DNA of 64,000 bases from Okamejei kenojei (taxonomy: Eukaryota), in the NCBI GenBank assembly GCA_035221665.1, contig CM069131.1:38440001-38504000 (forward strand), read 5' to 3'. The notes under the pieces were generated by a model, which was not told the DNA's origin, ran no database searches, and worked only from the letters and a program-made list of their open reading frames with translations. Shown piece after piece: positions 1 to 12,570 of this stretch. How positions within the stretch are numbered: the stretch's first letter is position 1; the number at the start of each line of letters is the position of its first letter. The position numbers were made by a program, and so were the translations under genes.

Positions 1-537
1 GCGGCTGCGGGGCTCGAAGTCGGCGCAGTCGTCTCCCGGCTTGGCCCTCGCGGGACCTGTAAAAGACGGGGTGTTGCCGTCGCCGGTGTGCGAGGCACTC
101 CACGTACCTGCTTGCTCCCCCCCCCTCCTGGGGGATGGTGACACGAAGTCAGGGTCTCCCAAATCCTGCTCCAGTGCGGCCGCCTGGTGTAACAGGTGTG
201 CCCAACTTCCGCACCTTTTTCCCCCGGCCGTTTCCCCAATGCCGCCGGCATTATAAACAGCTCCGGAGAAGTTTGCCGCTGACCCATAGGAGTCCCGCGG
301 CTTTTGGAAAGTTTGCCTTTCCCTTTCCCTTCCATCTTTTCCTGCAGGTAGAACACACAAAGAAACCTACCTGCAAACCAGCTTAAGGTTAGAGAACTTA
401 CCTTTGCCGGTCTTTTTGAAGGAGCTGTGGAGAGAGCGCTCTCCCCCCCCCCCCCCCCCCCCCCCCCCCCAGCTTGTCGACAGCAAATGCGAGCGACGAT
501 ATGTCGCGCATGCACTCATGTGACTCTGAAGTAAAAT
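1..537 (-). mobile_element. 5' end of a DIRS1-type retrotransposon (copy A; continues beyond the window start)
   Basis: The reverse complement of 480-537 (ATTTTACTTCAGAGTCACATGAGT..GCATGCGCGACATATCGTCGCTCGCATT) matches the start of the DIRS copy at 44145. Positions 1-470 align with 44230-44700. About 25 bp of the ITR is deleted. Confidence 0.88.
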
Positions 538-541
538 GCAT

Positions 542-870
542 TGTATGATCTTTATTTATGATTGGTTTGTAGGGGTTGCCCCCCCTCCCCCCCACATGTA
601 ATTTGCGCCACGGGTCCGATACTGTATATAAGAGGGGACACCACATGGGTCGATGTCGATCTTCTCGGGTAGCACTTGGGACTGTGCTGACCATCTGGAG
701 GTGTCGACGAGGGCTTGGACGAGTAGACAAGGATCGGAATTGCGGTGTTGGTTAGGTATCATATAGGAAGTGTGTTTGTGTTTGAGAATAAAGAAGTTTA
801 GTTGATCCAGTGCTTGTCTCAGTGTTTTACTGAACCAGACTAACGGGGTGAGATTAGGAGCAGAATTACA
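542..870 (+). mobile_element. Solo LTR (ERV/LTR retrotransposon)
   Basis: TGTA...TACA termini, imperfect 4-bp flanking repeat gcat/acat, TATATAA at ~625 and AATAAA at ~787. Several blocks are shared with the element at 54219-54719. Confidence 0.65.
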
Positions 871-3337
871 ACATGACAGAAGAGTTTATTAATGCAATAT
901 ATAGCATGAGCTTGTATCCAAAAATCACTAGACCTAGCAGAATTACATCTCACTGTGCCACGGTAATAGATAATATATTCACAAATGTTATGGAAGATAG
1001 CGGGTTATTAATAAATGACATCAGTGACCATTTGCCAGTTTTTGCAATCTGTGAGAGTAACTATAAGAAGGATAAGAATGTTGATAACCTGAAATACAAA
1101 CGAGTGAGGACGGAAGAATCTTTGAATGCATTTAGAAATAAAATACTATCACAAGATTGGAGAATAATATACGAGGAAGAAGACATTGACAAAGCATTTG
1201 AAACATTCTTAAAAATATTCACAACATTGTATGACAAAATCTGTCCAATAAAACAATACAGTAAAAAACAATGAAAAATATTCCATGAAATACAAAGGGA
1301 TTGCAAAGTGCCTGAAAAAAGCCCCAACTTTATATAGAGAATTCATAAAGTATAGAACTAAAAAGGCGGATATGAAATGAAACTAAAATGTTAGCTAATA
1401 TTATGAGATATGTAAGAAAGAATACTATAATGAAATATAAGATAAATATAAAAACAACATTAAAGGTATATGGGGTGTGTTAAACAGTATTATTAGAAAT
1501 GGATCCAGAAACTCGTTACCCTCAGTATTTCATAGATAAAGGTAAGACCATAAATAATATGGATGATGTGGTTAGTGGTTTCAACAATTTGTTTGTAAGT
1601 GTGGGACCAAAATTGGCAGAAAAAATCAATGATCCAGAGACACCCAAAGAGGGGACTGATGATGATTATGCAGAGAGAAATCCAAGCTCACTTTTTTTTA
1701 GAGCAGTAGAAGAAAACACAAATCATGAATATTGTAACTAAATGTAAGAACAAAACTTCTACTGACTGGAATTAAATTGACATGACAATAATCAAGTAAG
1801 TCATTGATGGTATTGCAAAACCACTAACGCACATCTGTAACTTGTCATTTCTAACTGGTAAATCCCGAAGCAAAGAAAATTGCACAAATTATACCTTTAT
1901 ATAAAACTGGGGATAGACACCACTTCACAAGTTGGAGGCCTGTTCCTTACTTTCCCAATTCTCCAAGATACCGAAAAAAACTCTTTACTGAAAGACTAGG
2001 CAAATTCATTGAGAAGCACAAATTGCTGACTGAGAGTCAGTATTGATTCAGATCAAACAGATCAACATAAATGGTGCTAATCAAATTTAAAGAAGAAATT
2101 ACTAATTGTATAGACAAAAAAAAAGTATGCAGTGGGAGTAGTTATCGATCTAAAAAAAGCTTTTGATACCATTAATCACAATATATTACTTGATAAATTG
2201 GAAAGGTACGTTATCAGGGGGGTGGTGCTGAATTGGTTGAGAAGCTATTTGGTTGAGAAGTAACAGGCAACAGTTTGTGAAGATAGGTGAGCACAAATCA
2301 ACATGCTTGGATATTACTTGTGGAGTAATTACATGTTCCCTAATTTGAGGAAGGATATTATTGCTATTGAGGGAGTGCAGCGTAGATTTACAAGGTTAAT
2401 TCCCGGGATGGCGGGACTGTCATATGCTGAGAAAATGGAACGGCTGGGCTTGTACACTGGAGTTTAGAAGGATGAGAGGATATCTCATTGAAACATATAA
2501 GATTATTAAGGGTTTGGACACGCTAGAGGCAGGAAACATGTTCCCGATGTTGGGGGAGTCCAGAACCAGGGGCCACTGAAAAAGAATACGGGGTAAGCCA
2601 TTTAGAACGAAGATGAGGAAACATTTTTTCACACAGCGAGTTGTGAGTCTGTGAAATTCTCTGCTTCAGAGGAGACCGGTTCTCTGGATACTTTCAAGAG
2701 AGAGCTGGATAGGGCTCTTAAAGATAGCAGAGTCAGGGGATATGGGGAGAAGACAGGAATGAGGTACTGATTGGGGATGATCAGCCATGATCACATTGAA
2801 TGGCAGTGCTGGTTCGAGGGGCCGAATGGCCTACTCCTGCACCTATTGAAATTTGTTTTATTTGCAGTCAATACTAATATCGTTTGTTCTGGGGAGAATT
2901 TACAGCAGCTTTTGAAGGATATCACATCGGAAATTAGAAAATTATAAAGGTGGTTTGATATAAACAAATTATCATTAAATTTGAACAAAACAATTAAATT
3001 GTTTGGAAATTATAAAATAAACACTCTGGTACACTGTGAGGATTGATGGTGTTAATATAGAAAGTGTATATGAAAATCAATTTCTAGGTTTGATATTAAA
3101 CCACAAAATCTGCTGGAAACCTCATATAAAACATGTGCAAGCAAAGCTGGCAAGGAGCATTGCAGTCCTGGGAAGAACAAGGCACAATCTGAATCACAAA
3201 ACGCTGTACATTGTTCACTTGTGCTGCCATATCTAAATTACAGTGTGGAGGTATGGGCTAACACTTACAAAAGCACCCTACATCCATAATGCATACTGCA
3301 AAAAAGGGCCGTAAGGATAGTTAACAATGTAGGATTG
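871..3337 (+). mobile_element. Degenerate LINE ORF2 (APE endonuclease + RT), L2/Crack-like, split by a CR1 insertion
   Basis: Endonuclease C-terminus PSRIT..ATVIDNIFTN..ISDHLPVF in ORF 873-1274. RT remnants DLKKAFDT (~2147), ITCGV (~2313), LFA.NT (~2858) and FLGLIL..KICWKPHI (3080-3130). Many stops and frameshifts. Confidence 0.8.
2338..2849 (+). mobile_element. CR1/HER1-type LINE 3' fragment nested in the older LINE
   Basis: Encodes the CR1 C-terminus (RKDIIAIEGVQRRFTRLIPGM..) and ends in the 3' tail gggccgaatggcctactcctgcacctatt. Confidence 0.85.
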
Positions 3338-3524
3338 GAAATAAAATATATATACCAAAAAAGACACGTGAATTGTTAGGTTAACTTACCACTTCAAATT
3401 ACCCCTATTTAGGTGGGTGTTAGAATATTGGGAGAAATGATGGGAACGTGTTTAGAATCTGTTTAGTTTAGCTGAGAGATAGAATGTGGAAAGAGGCCCT
3501 TGTCCACGCTGCCCATTGTCTTCT

Positions 3525-3892
3525 CTAACTTCTAACTAAAACAAGTAACCCTTGATTTCCCTCTCTCTCCATACCTCCCCCATCCTAATTCTCTGACTGG
3601 TCTGACCATCTTCCTGATTACATTTTATCTCTGTATGCTTTGCTGTCACCTTCCTCTAGTTAACAATGACTATTCTACATTCCCCTTGATCTTGTCCTCT
3701 TGATGTCTCGTTTTCACACCTTACCCATCCAAATCTCTGTGTCTCCCTCTTCCCCGACTCACAGCCTGAAGAAAGGTCTTGACCCGAAACATCACCTATT
3801 TCTTCTTTCCAGAGATGCTGCCTGACCCACTGAGTTACTCCAGCATTTGTGTCTATCTTCGGTGTAAACCAGCATCCGCAGTTCCTTCCTAC
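3525..3892 (+). mobile_element. Penelope-like element terminal fragment with hammerhead-like core
   Basis: ctgaagaaaggtcttgacccgaaacatc at 3766-3793, followed by the recurrent tail gatgctgcctgacccactgagttactccagca...ccagcatccgcagttcct. Confidence 0.65.
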
Positions 3893-4181
3893 AAAGGTTT
3901 ACACCTGGAGCATTATGTAAACATTTGAAAGTGTAACCTGGAGACATTTGGTCATTGGCTGCTCCCAACTAGAGAAACAAACCGAGTCAAATATTTCGAG
4001 AGCAAAAGAGAGTGAATTTAGAAACCCCATGTGAAAGAAAACACTTGTGATGCTTCATTTGGTTGCATGTATTTAACAGAATAAACACTTCCCTTGTGAT
4101 TTCAAGCAGTTACATTTTGCTTTAATCAGAAAAATAAACAATTTAATTATCTCATCTGCAATGTTATTCAAAGGGATAGAG

Positions 4182-4692
4182 CTTCTTCTTCGAGTCCGTT
4201 GCAATCTCAGATGTCATTCTGCCAGTATCTGGCGCACGTCAAAGCTGGTCGGGTCGGTTCAGCACTGGGGGCTGCACTGGGGGGCGTCGTCATACTCCAG
4301 TAGGTGGGACATTGTCTGTACTGCTCCACAGCTGCATGTGTCTTCTGCCTGGTAGTTCCATGCTTTTATGAGTGCTTTGCACCTCCCCTGTTCCACTCGT
4401 AATCTGTTGAGGGTCTTCCAGGTTGGCCATGGGAGGTCGTGCCTGCTGGCGAGGCATTCAGTCAGAGTGATTCCTCTCTCCAACCAGTCGTGGGCTTGTG
4501 TGTTGAGCTGGTTCCATTCATCTTTCTAGATGTTGGTCCTTGCTGTTTCTTTGGTTGGCTGGAGAGGTGGCTGCAAGAAACTGGCTCTGGATTTCAGTCG
4601 GGGTGGAGGTGCTGTATGTCCATGCAGGGGGTGCCTGGTATCGATCTCCTGTGCTCTCCACTCGGCTTGGGAGATGATGGATCATCTAATAT

Positions 4693-4731
<39 letters not shown>

Positions 4732-5040
4732 ATACCAGCCAGGGCGTAGAGGCACGGGACTGGCGTTGTCTTTATGCATCCCGTGATAATGCGGCAGGTA
4801 TCGTTGAGGGCTGTGTCAACCAGTTTGGTGTGGTGGGAGCGGCTCCAGCTTGAGCACGCGTATTCAGCTGTGGAGAAGCACGGGGCTAGTGCAGTTGCGC
4901 GGATGGTTGGTGGATCAGCGCCCCACTTTGAGTTTACCAGTTTGTGCAGGATGTTGTTGCGAGTGTTGACCTTGGCTTTGGTGTTCTGAAGGTGGGTTTT
5001 GTGAGTATCCTGTCGAGTGTGACTCCGAGGTACACGGGGT
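4182..5040 (-). mobile_element. Non-LTR retrotransposon 3' fragment, I-group (Vingi/Ingi-like)
   Basis: ORFs read KVNTRNNILHKL..WGA..ATALA.CFSTAEYA..W.RS.HTKLVD..LND..RIITGC and WKTLNRLR..GRC....W.....CSCG..QTMSHLL (C-terminal CCHC-like motif). The 3' tail is (GAA)n at 4182-4191. Confidence 0.65.
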
Positions 5041-5468
5041 GGAAGTGGTTGGAGAGTTTGTGGCCATCCCATGAGACGGATAGAGCTGTTCCTCAGTGAA
5101 TGAAGAGCCTTTGTTACTAGCCATTTGTCTACCACAATAATTGATAGGTATGCTTTTGTCCATTATTTATTCTTCATTAGATTTACCTCAGCGCATATCC
5201 ATTTGTTCAAAGTCCTTGTCTTTAGTGGCTGCATAGGCATAATCAACCAATGCATACCTAGTGGGTTAGAGAGTGCAATGGCCTACCTAAAAGTCCATGA
5301 TCTGTATATTGGATTAAGGACTGTCTGTTGCAAAATTGGAGAAGGAAAACCTTTGTTCACGATTTGTTTCACAACTGGAGTAGGTGTCATCTTTACTTAT
5401 GGAAATAAACCTTCCAAGTAACCAGAAATTGTCATGCTGAAAAATGTTAACAGCACTGAGGCAATCAT

Positions 5469-5492
5469 ATGTGTGTGTGTGTGTGTATGTGT
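5469..5492. repeat. (TG)n microsatellite
   Basis: Direct inspection. Confidence 0.9.
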
Positions 5493-7210
5493 GGCTGTTT
5501 GTGCTTATCTGTGTGTAGCAATGATGCATTTGAAATGATTGAAATCCTTTGGAAGAGCAGATTGAACTTTACAGCTTCCACCTTGAGACTCTGGGGCAAT
5601 ATAGTATGTGCAGGACATCAGATGAACCAGCTTTTGGAAGGCTCGTGCATGCACCATTCCCACTGTTCGGTTAAATTGCATGTGTTTGTTACTTTATCAG
5701 ATTATTAAGGGAAGGGTGGGGCACCACAGCCTTATTTGCAACCGCTTTGCAGATTGTTCTGGATCAAGGTCAAAAGATTCAAACAAATGCCTTTACTCCC
5801 TCCCTCAAAACTGTGTCATACTCAACAAAATACTTAATGGCATATTATTTCAGCTTAACCTGGATTTTAGGGAGGTTGCAACTGCTGCCTGGCGTGGGGA
5901 TGTAGTCGGGAATTTTAGATGAAGCAATTGTGACAGATTAGTTAATAATGTAAAGGAGGTATTCCTAAGGTGCATTCCCCACAGCTGGACTCTACAGCTT
6001 GGGCCTGTTCAGGAAGTTCTCCTTTAAAATCTACTGAAGCAGGCTTCAGAAGTACTGTGAAGAGTATTTCCATATAAGAAGCCTATGCTGTCTGAGAATC
6101 ATAATGGGATACAATGAACACCATAAGATGCCAATATTCCTGTCCATGCATTAATTTTTCAGACACACGATACACTCAAATGGAAAATTGTGGATGTTGC
6201 AACACTTGCAGTAAGTCTGTGACTTTCATCTACGTAAGATTACTCATTGAAAATAAACAGTGCAGTACATCAATGTATGGTGGCATGTACCCAATTTTTG
6301 AAGAAAGGATTTCCAAAGTTGATGATTTACTCTACATACATCCACAAGATCATGATCTATAGGTACATCAGGCTTGTGATAGTTGTGAAATTCTTCGGGA
6401 TCTTCCTCCTTAACTTTCAGACTTCCAAACTAGAAAGACTGTAAGCATTGCATATACTCACTCATTTCTCTGGCATGAAACATCATTCTACCTCTGGTAA
6501 TCCAGCAAATGACCAGAGGGTGCAATCCCTGTATAACCACTCCTGAATTGTAGGCCTGTATCTTGAATACAGATAAATCCTCTATCTTGATTTCAATGTA
6601 ATTCTGATTTTTATCTATATTCTCTTGTGGTTCAGTGTGATGCTCTTTTATGGTAATAGCAATCATACAACTTTCAGCATCCTGAATCTCTTAACTGTAT
6701 CCTAACTACAGAGATTTTCCTTCTTGCTTTCCTTTGCAAGAAAAAGAACATTCCAACTGTGAGATGCTGAAACTATCTCACCGAATGCTAAATCTGCAAC
6801 GAGTGGCTCCGCATCACTTCTCCTTGCTACAGAAGGAAAGTGAGACAACAAATTTGGCACAGAACTGTTTATCAGGTGGGATGTTGGCAGAGTATTGGTA
6901 CGTGAGTCACTGCAAATTGAGTATAGATTGATTTACTGTATTGAGATCAAGATTGTGTTAAAATGTCAAACCACAGGTAGCATGTATGAGCCCACAGTAG
7001 TAATGACTTCACATCAGAGATCTATTAAAATACATAACTCTCAGTTCATGTTTGAAATATCTCCTCAAAAAGTCCAGCCAGCTTTGCCTGATGTAATCAA
7101 TGGTAGTTGTTTCAACAACAGCTCTAAATTTGGGGCTAGAATGAAAACTGAGAATTGTCAAACAATCAAAAACGCCACCAGGGCATTTAATTTGATTTAA
7201 CTTATATATA

Positions 7211-7706
7211 CAGATGCTCCCCGATTTACGTACGGGTTACGTCGGTGGACCCTTGTATAAGTTGGATGTTACATGTCGGAAACGTGTAAATTTACTATTC
7301 ATGGAAACCACGCACAGCCCATGTGCAAGCTGTGACGCAAAGACGATGGGGAGCTCCGACGTGGAGACCACATGGGAGAGCCAATGCGGAGACCATTAGC
7401 TTAGTTTAGTTTATTGTCACATGTACTTAATTACAGTGAAAAGCTTTTGTTGCATGCTAACCAGTCAGTGGGAAGACAATATGTGATTGCAATCAAGCGA
7501 TCCACAGTCTACAGATAGTTGATAAAGGCAATAATGTTTAGAGCAAGATAAAGTCTAATGTTCAAGACCATGGGGGAGCGTGGATATCAAGTGGGAGCTC
7601 CGACACTGAGACAAAGTGGGCATCAGTGGGTTTAAAGAATTGCCGTTGTTTGCGAGAATTTGCGAGTTTACATAAGTTGCCTATTACATAAGTCAAGGTG
7701 TGCGTG
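7211..7706. mobile_element. Tigger/pogo-type non-autonomous DNA transposon (MITE), with an internal Rex1 3'-end insertion (~7399-7560)
   Basis: Left end TA|CAGATGCTCCCCGATTTACG resembles Tigger5/MER47-type TIRs. The right end is degenerate (..cataagtcaaggtgtgcgtg|TA). Both ends are flanked by TA. Confidence 0.55.
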
Positions 7707-7841
7707 TACGCAAGTTTTTAGATTCTCTCCAAACCAAAACCTGAAACTGATATTATAGCCATGCTCAGTTGATACCGCTGGTTTTGGGTCAATGCACCCC
7801 ATATCTACAAATATTCCAGAATTTGACAACTAGCATAACCT

Positions 7842-8045
7842 AGAAACATAGAAACATAGATGCAGGAGTAGGCCGTTCGGTCCGTCGAGCCAGCACCGCC
7901 ATTCAATATGATCATGGCTGATAATCTAAAGTCTGTTCCCCATTCCTGCTTTTTCACCATGTCCCTTGATTCCCTTAGCCCTAAGAGCTAAATCTAACTC
8001 TCTCGTCAAAACATCCAGTGAATTGGCCTCCAGTGCCTTCTGTGT
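7842..8045 (-). mobile_element. CR1 3' end
   Basis: (TAGAAACA)n tail followed by the reverse complement of the CR1 3' UTR. Confidence 0.8.
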
Positions 8046-8054
8046 ATATTGTAT

Positions 8055-9752
8055 ATCTTTATTATCATTTTTCCTGAGTACTTACATACCCAGAGGAAAC
8101 GAAAAAAAGTTGCTCAACCAGTGTCCATTCAGTGTGTGGTAAAAAATAAATAGAAATAAAAATAAAAGTACATATATCATGAGTTCCAATCGGCAGCAGC
8201 ACGACAATGGCTCTGCTTCAGTGTTTCCAGGTTGGTGGTTGGTGCACAATACTTTGGCAGGGGGCAAAGTCCGTTTATCAGTCTTATAGCCTGCGGGAAG
8301 AAGCTGAGGAGCATCCTGCTGGTTCTGCAGCTGATGCTCCTGTACCTCTTCCCAGATGGCAGGATGGAGAATATGTGATGCGATGGGTGGTAGGGGTCTT
8401 TGATGATGATGATTGGCTCTGCTGATACATCTCTTCCTGTATATGTCCAGCAGGAAAGGGGAGTGGAGCACCAATAATCCTGCTGGCGGTCTTCACAATC
8501 CTGTCCAGTTGGTGTCGTTCGTACGCCTTGCAGCTCCCGAACCAGGAAGTGATGCCATAGGTTAATGTGCTCTCGATTGTCCCCCTATAAAAGGTTCGTA
8601 GGTGTGCAGTGGGGAGACCTGCTTTCCGTAGTCTATGGAGAGGGTGGAGTCGCTGCTGTGCTCTCTTGACCAGTGCTGTGGTGTTGGTCGTGGACGTCAG
8701 GTCATCTGACAGGTGGAGTCCTAGGAATTTCACGCTGCTGACCCTTTCCACATCAGCTCCATCGAAGTGCAGAGGTGTATGGCATTGTTTTCCCGCCCTC
8801 CTGAATTCAACCACCATCTACTTCGTTTTTCCCACGTTGAGAATGAGGTTGTGGGATTTGCACCATCCTGTGAGCAGCTCCATCTCCATCCTGTACGCCG
8901 ACTCATCATTGTCACTGATGAGACCCACCACTGTTGTGTCATCAGCGAACTTGTTGATGAAGTTGTTGTTGATTCTAGCAGTACAGTCGTGTGTATGCAG
9001 ACTAAACAGCAGGGGGCTTAGGACACAGCCTTGGGATGAGCCAGTGCTCACAGCTATGGTTTTTGATGTCCTACTGCCCAGCCTGACTATCTGCTGCCGT
9101 CATGTTACATGTGCCAGCATCAACCCCCAATAACTCCAACTTCTCCACCAGCTGCTGCGGAATGATTGTGTTAAAAGCAGAGCTGAAGTCTATGAAGAGG
9201 ATCCTGGCATAAGTATTTTTCCGATCAAGGTGTGGCAGTACGAGGTTCAGTGTTGTTGAGACTGCGTCCTCTGTGGATTGGTTGGCTCTGTAGGCAAACT
9301 GCAGTGGGTCTAGGTCGGCAGGTAGGCTATTTTTGATATGCTGCATAACCAGTCGCTCAAAACACTTCATTACTATGGGTGTTAGAGCCACTGGTCGAAA
9401 GTCATTATGGCAAGCTGGGTTTGGTTTCTTCGGGACAGGAACAATGGTGGCACTCTTAAGACAGTTGGGCACTACTGCCTGGCTGAGCGAGGTGTTAAAA
9501 ATGTCTGTGAAGACATCTTTCAGTTGCTCGGCGCAGTCTCTTAGAACGCATCCAGGAATGTTGTCCGGCCCTGTGGCTTTGCGTGGGTTGATGCTGGCAA
9601 AGGCCTTTTTAACTCTGGCTGCGGACAGCCTGAGCGACTGGTCACTGGGAGATGGCAGTAGTGCACATGTCTGGGTGCTGTTTTTAACCTCAAACCGTGC
9701 GTAGAACTCGTTCAGTTCATCTGGTAGAGAGGGGTGGTTTTGGCATATCCGC
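8055..9752 (-). mobile_element. Rex1/Babar LINE, 5'-truncated RT
   Basis: [94 protein letters not shown]. Confidence 0.92.
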
Positions 9753-9777
9753 AGTGGGGGGGGGGGGGGGGGGGGGA

Positions 9778-9992
9778 TCTGTGGTAGAGATTCCACAGAT
9801 TCATAACTCTTTGGGTGAAGAAGTATTTCCTCATATCAGCCCTAAATGGACTACCCCTTATTCCTAAACAGTGACCCCCTAGTTGTGGACTCCCCTAACA
9901 TCAGGAACATTTTACTGCATCTAGCCTGTCCAATCCTTTAAGAATTTTACATGTTTCTATAAGATTCCCTCTCATCCTTCTAAATTCCAGTG
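9778..9992 (-). mobile_element. CR1 fragment
   Basis: LEFRRMRGNLIETCKILKGLDRLDAVK in ORF 9901-10113. Confidence 0.8.
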
Positions 9993-12456
9993 AACTGGCA
10001 AGAAGATGAGATAATTCAATGATCCTGACAATTTGTTTTTGAATAGATGTAAAAAATGTTGAAAAAAAAAAAAAAAAGCATCTGAAAATGTGAACAACAA
10101 CCAATAGAAACATACAGGTGTTGATGACTTTATTGCTTATTTCTCATACTTTACTGTGAATTTTTATGTGCTTCGATTTTATAAAAGGCTTCAATTTCAT
10201 TTCCCTACAGAGAAAGATCTAGATAGTGCTTTTTATGTGGCACTAATATCCCAAAGCACTTCAACTAATTTTCTGAAGTGTAGTCATTTTTGTTATACAG
10301 GTAAATGTGGCACCCAATTTGAAATGTAATCTGTCTACATTAACAGAAAAGCGTTAATCAATTTGAAGATTCCTGGACAAATTGTCTATTGTCTATTAAA
10401 TTGCAGCAACTCATTTTGTCTTAAATTAATGTATACTAATTATCACCTCCAGTTTTTACTCTACACGGCCAAGTATAGAGATTACCTTGTGGATTGCTTG
10501 CTATCAATTCCCGTATTTTGTTTACCGTCTGTCCTGTTTCTGGAGATTGTCAGCACTGTCAGTTTACCCTGTCGCCTTTGTGTATGCAAAATCTTTTCAA
10601 ACTTCATTGTTACATCTAAATTTTCAAACAATTCTTCCTCCAAAAACACCAGATAAATGGAAATTCTTTTAAGATTATATGTAAATGAACAGAATCTCTG
10701 CTGACAGTAAACTAATTTTTCTATTTGAATGTTTCACATCTTTTTTCTTCATTGTTCCAAAGTGTGCATACTTGGGATTCTGGAACTGATCTGTCTGCCA
10801 AACTAGATACTCGACTTCCTTTTCATCCTATATCAATATTTATTTAACATTTTGTAAATAACTTCACTCTTGTTTGCTTAAACTCTGCAAATTCTATGTT
10901 GAAATTGCTCTGTGATAAATGTAAGGGAAATGTGTGTCAGTGTAAAGGCTGAGGTAGTCTTGTGCAATGGGTATCTTAATGTGTATATCTGCAACTGGTT
11001 TATCTGGTATATCTTTTACTTCATTTACTTTCATCTTTCAAAGGCATTAATTTGTTTGCATTAAACAATGTGACGCTCATTAGCTTGTATAACAGCAAAC
11101 CTGATAATATTGAACATGGGCAGGGTGGTCTCTTGAGATGGCTTCAATTGCTTTAAAGGATTATTATGGAATTTCCAAAAAGTTTTTCGATTCATGTTCT
11201 ACTACAGAGTCATTTAGATGTGGTTTACAATTGGTGAATTGCTTTGATTGTCAATGGCACTATGATATGCAAGCATTTATATATTTCATAGGACTTCCTT
11301 GCTTTATATTGCCCAAGCAGAGCCTATCATATTTATTTATTAATTATATTTACTTACTTACACTGCCAGATTTTCTAAACTGCAGAGAAACCCATGCTGC
11401 AGCTGTGAATTTTAAATCATGCTTCCAATTGCACTGTGGGAGCCTGATTGAAATATATTCATTAAATCGCCAACTTTTTCACAGAATGCATTTAAGACCA
11501 CTGCTAAATAAATATAACTGTAAGTGTCATTACTGGACAAGTTCCAATCTTTAATTCTTTAACTTTCCACTTTGACTACAATTAAAACCAGTAAGTTAGT
11601 TTAATTCCCTGGTGTATGGGTCACCAGCACAATAAACACTTGTAGTTTTGTTTCAGACAGTGTTTGGGGTTCAATCTCTGAAGATGGAGGGTGAGGAAAC
11701 AGTCTTGATGAAGACTCCAAATGCTGGAAATAGCAAGGCTTAATATTTTCGTTTGCTTGGCCAATTTCAGCAAAATCCTTCATTATTGTGCAACTACTGA
11801 TAAAGAATTTAAAGAAGTAAAATAAGATTAATTGTGTCTTCAAAATCTTCAGGCTTGTTCTGGTTGGGCATAGTTTCAACACCATCTAGGTTACTCAGTA
11901 GGGCTGTACAAACATCTATGCTGACAACTGAACCTCAGAGCTGGCATCTGCAGTTGGCTAGAACTGATACAACAACACTGGGCATGGACAAGAGCTCAAT
12001 GAGTAAAATGCTGCAAATTTGGTTTATGTTGTGTTGAATACATAAACACAACATGAAATAAATAAGTTATTTAGTGAATAGTGATGAGACTTTCTCATGA
12101 ACCTAGAATTTCTGATGATTGATATTGAAGCAGAATTTGTAATTATCAAAATTGTGTGATTTCATTCTTTGGGTGAAGTAAATGTGCTCATGCTTTCAGG
12201 ACAATACTATGTTTTGACACCTTCAGACATTGGGCCAAAATAGTAAGATTAAACGAGAACTTACCAAGTTTGAAGTTTGATCTGTATTTTACGAGGAGTC
12301 GCGGTGAGGGATTTCGTGAAGAACCCGCCAGCACGCTTGCGCAGCATCCTTCAAAGCAGCGGTGTGGAATCACAGAACCAACCATGACTGAAAATAGTAA
12401 GATGAAAACCGTAGAACTACCTGTTTGACCTGATGATAGAGGGTGGGAGCGGTGGG

Positions 12457-12570
12457 CACGAAATCCCTCACCGCGACTCCTCGTAAAATACAGATCAAAC
12501 TTCAAACTTGGTAAGTTCTCGTTTAATCTTACTATTTTACTTCGGAGTCACGTGAGTGACTTCGTGAAGA
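12457..12570. promoter_or_regulatory. Internal complementary region (ICR) of DIRS copy B
   Basis: Reverse complement of the element end at 12239-12318, joined through ..CTTACT-ATT-TTACTTCGG.. to the reverse complement of the other end at ~17391-17427. Confidence 0.9.

Noticed and set aside
4692-4729. Long poly-G/poly-C runs and the poly-Pro/Gly ORFs they create (also ~444, 9756, 33967, 61383)
   Set aside because: These are homopolymer expansions, probably length-unreliable in the assembly. No evidence of coding.
5125-7200. Short 60-100-aa ORFs in AT-rich intronic sequence (also 10363-12037, 21253-22334, 25625-26950)
   Set aside because: No recognisable domains or splice structure; consistent with chance ORFs.
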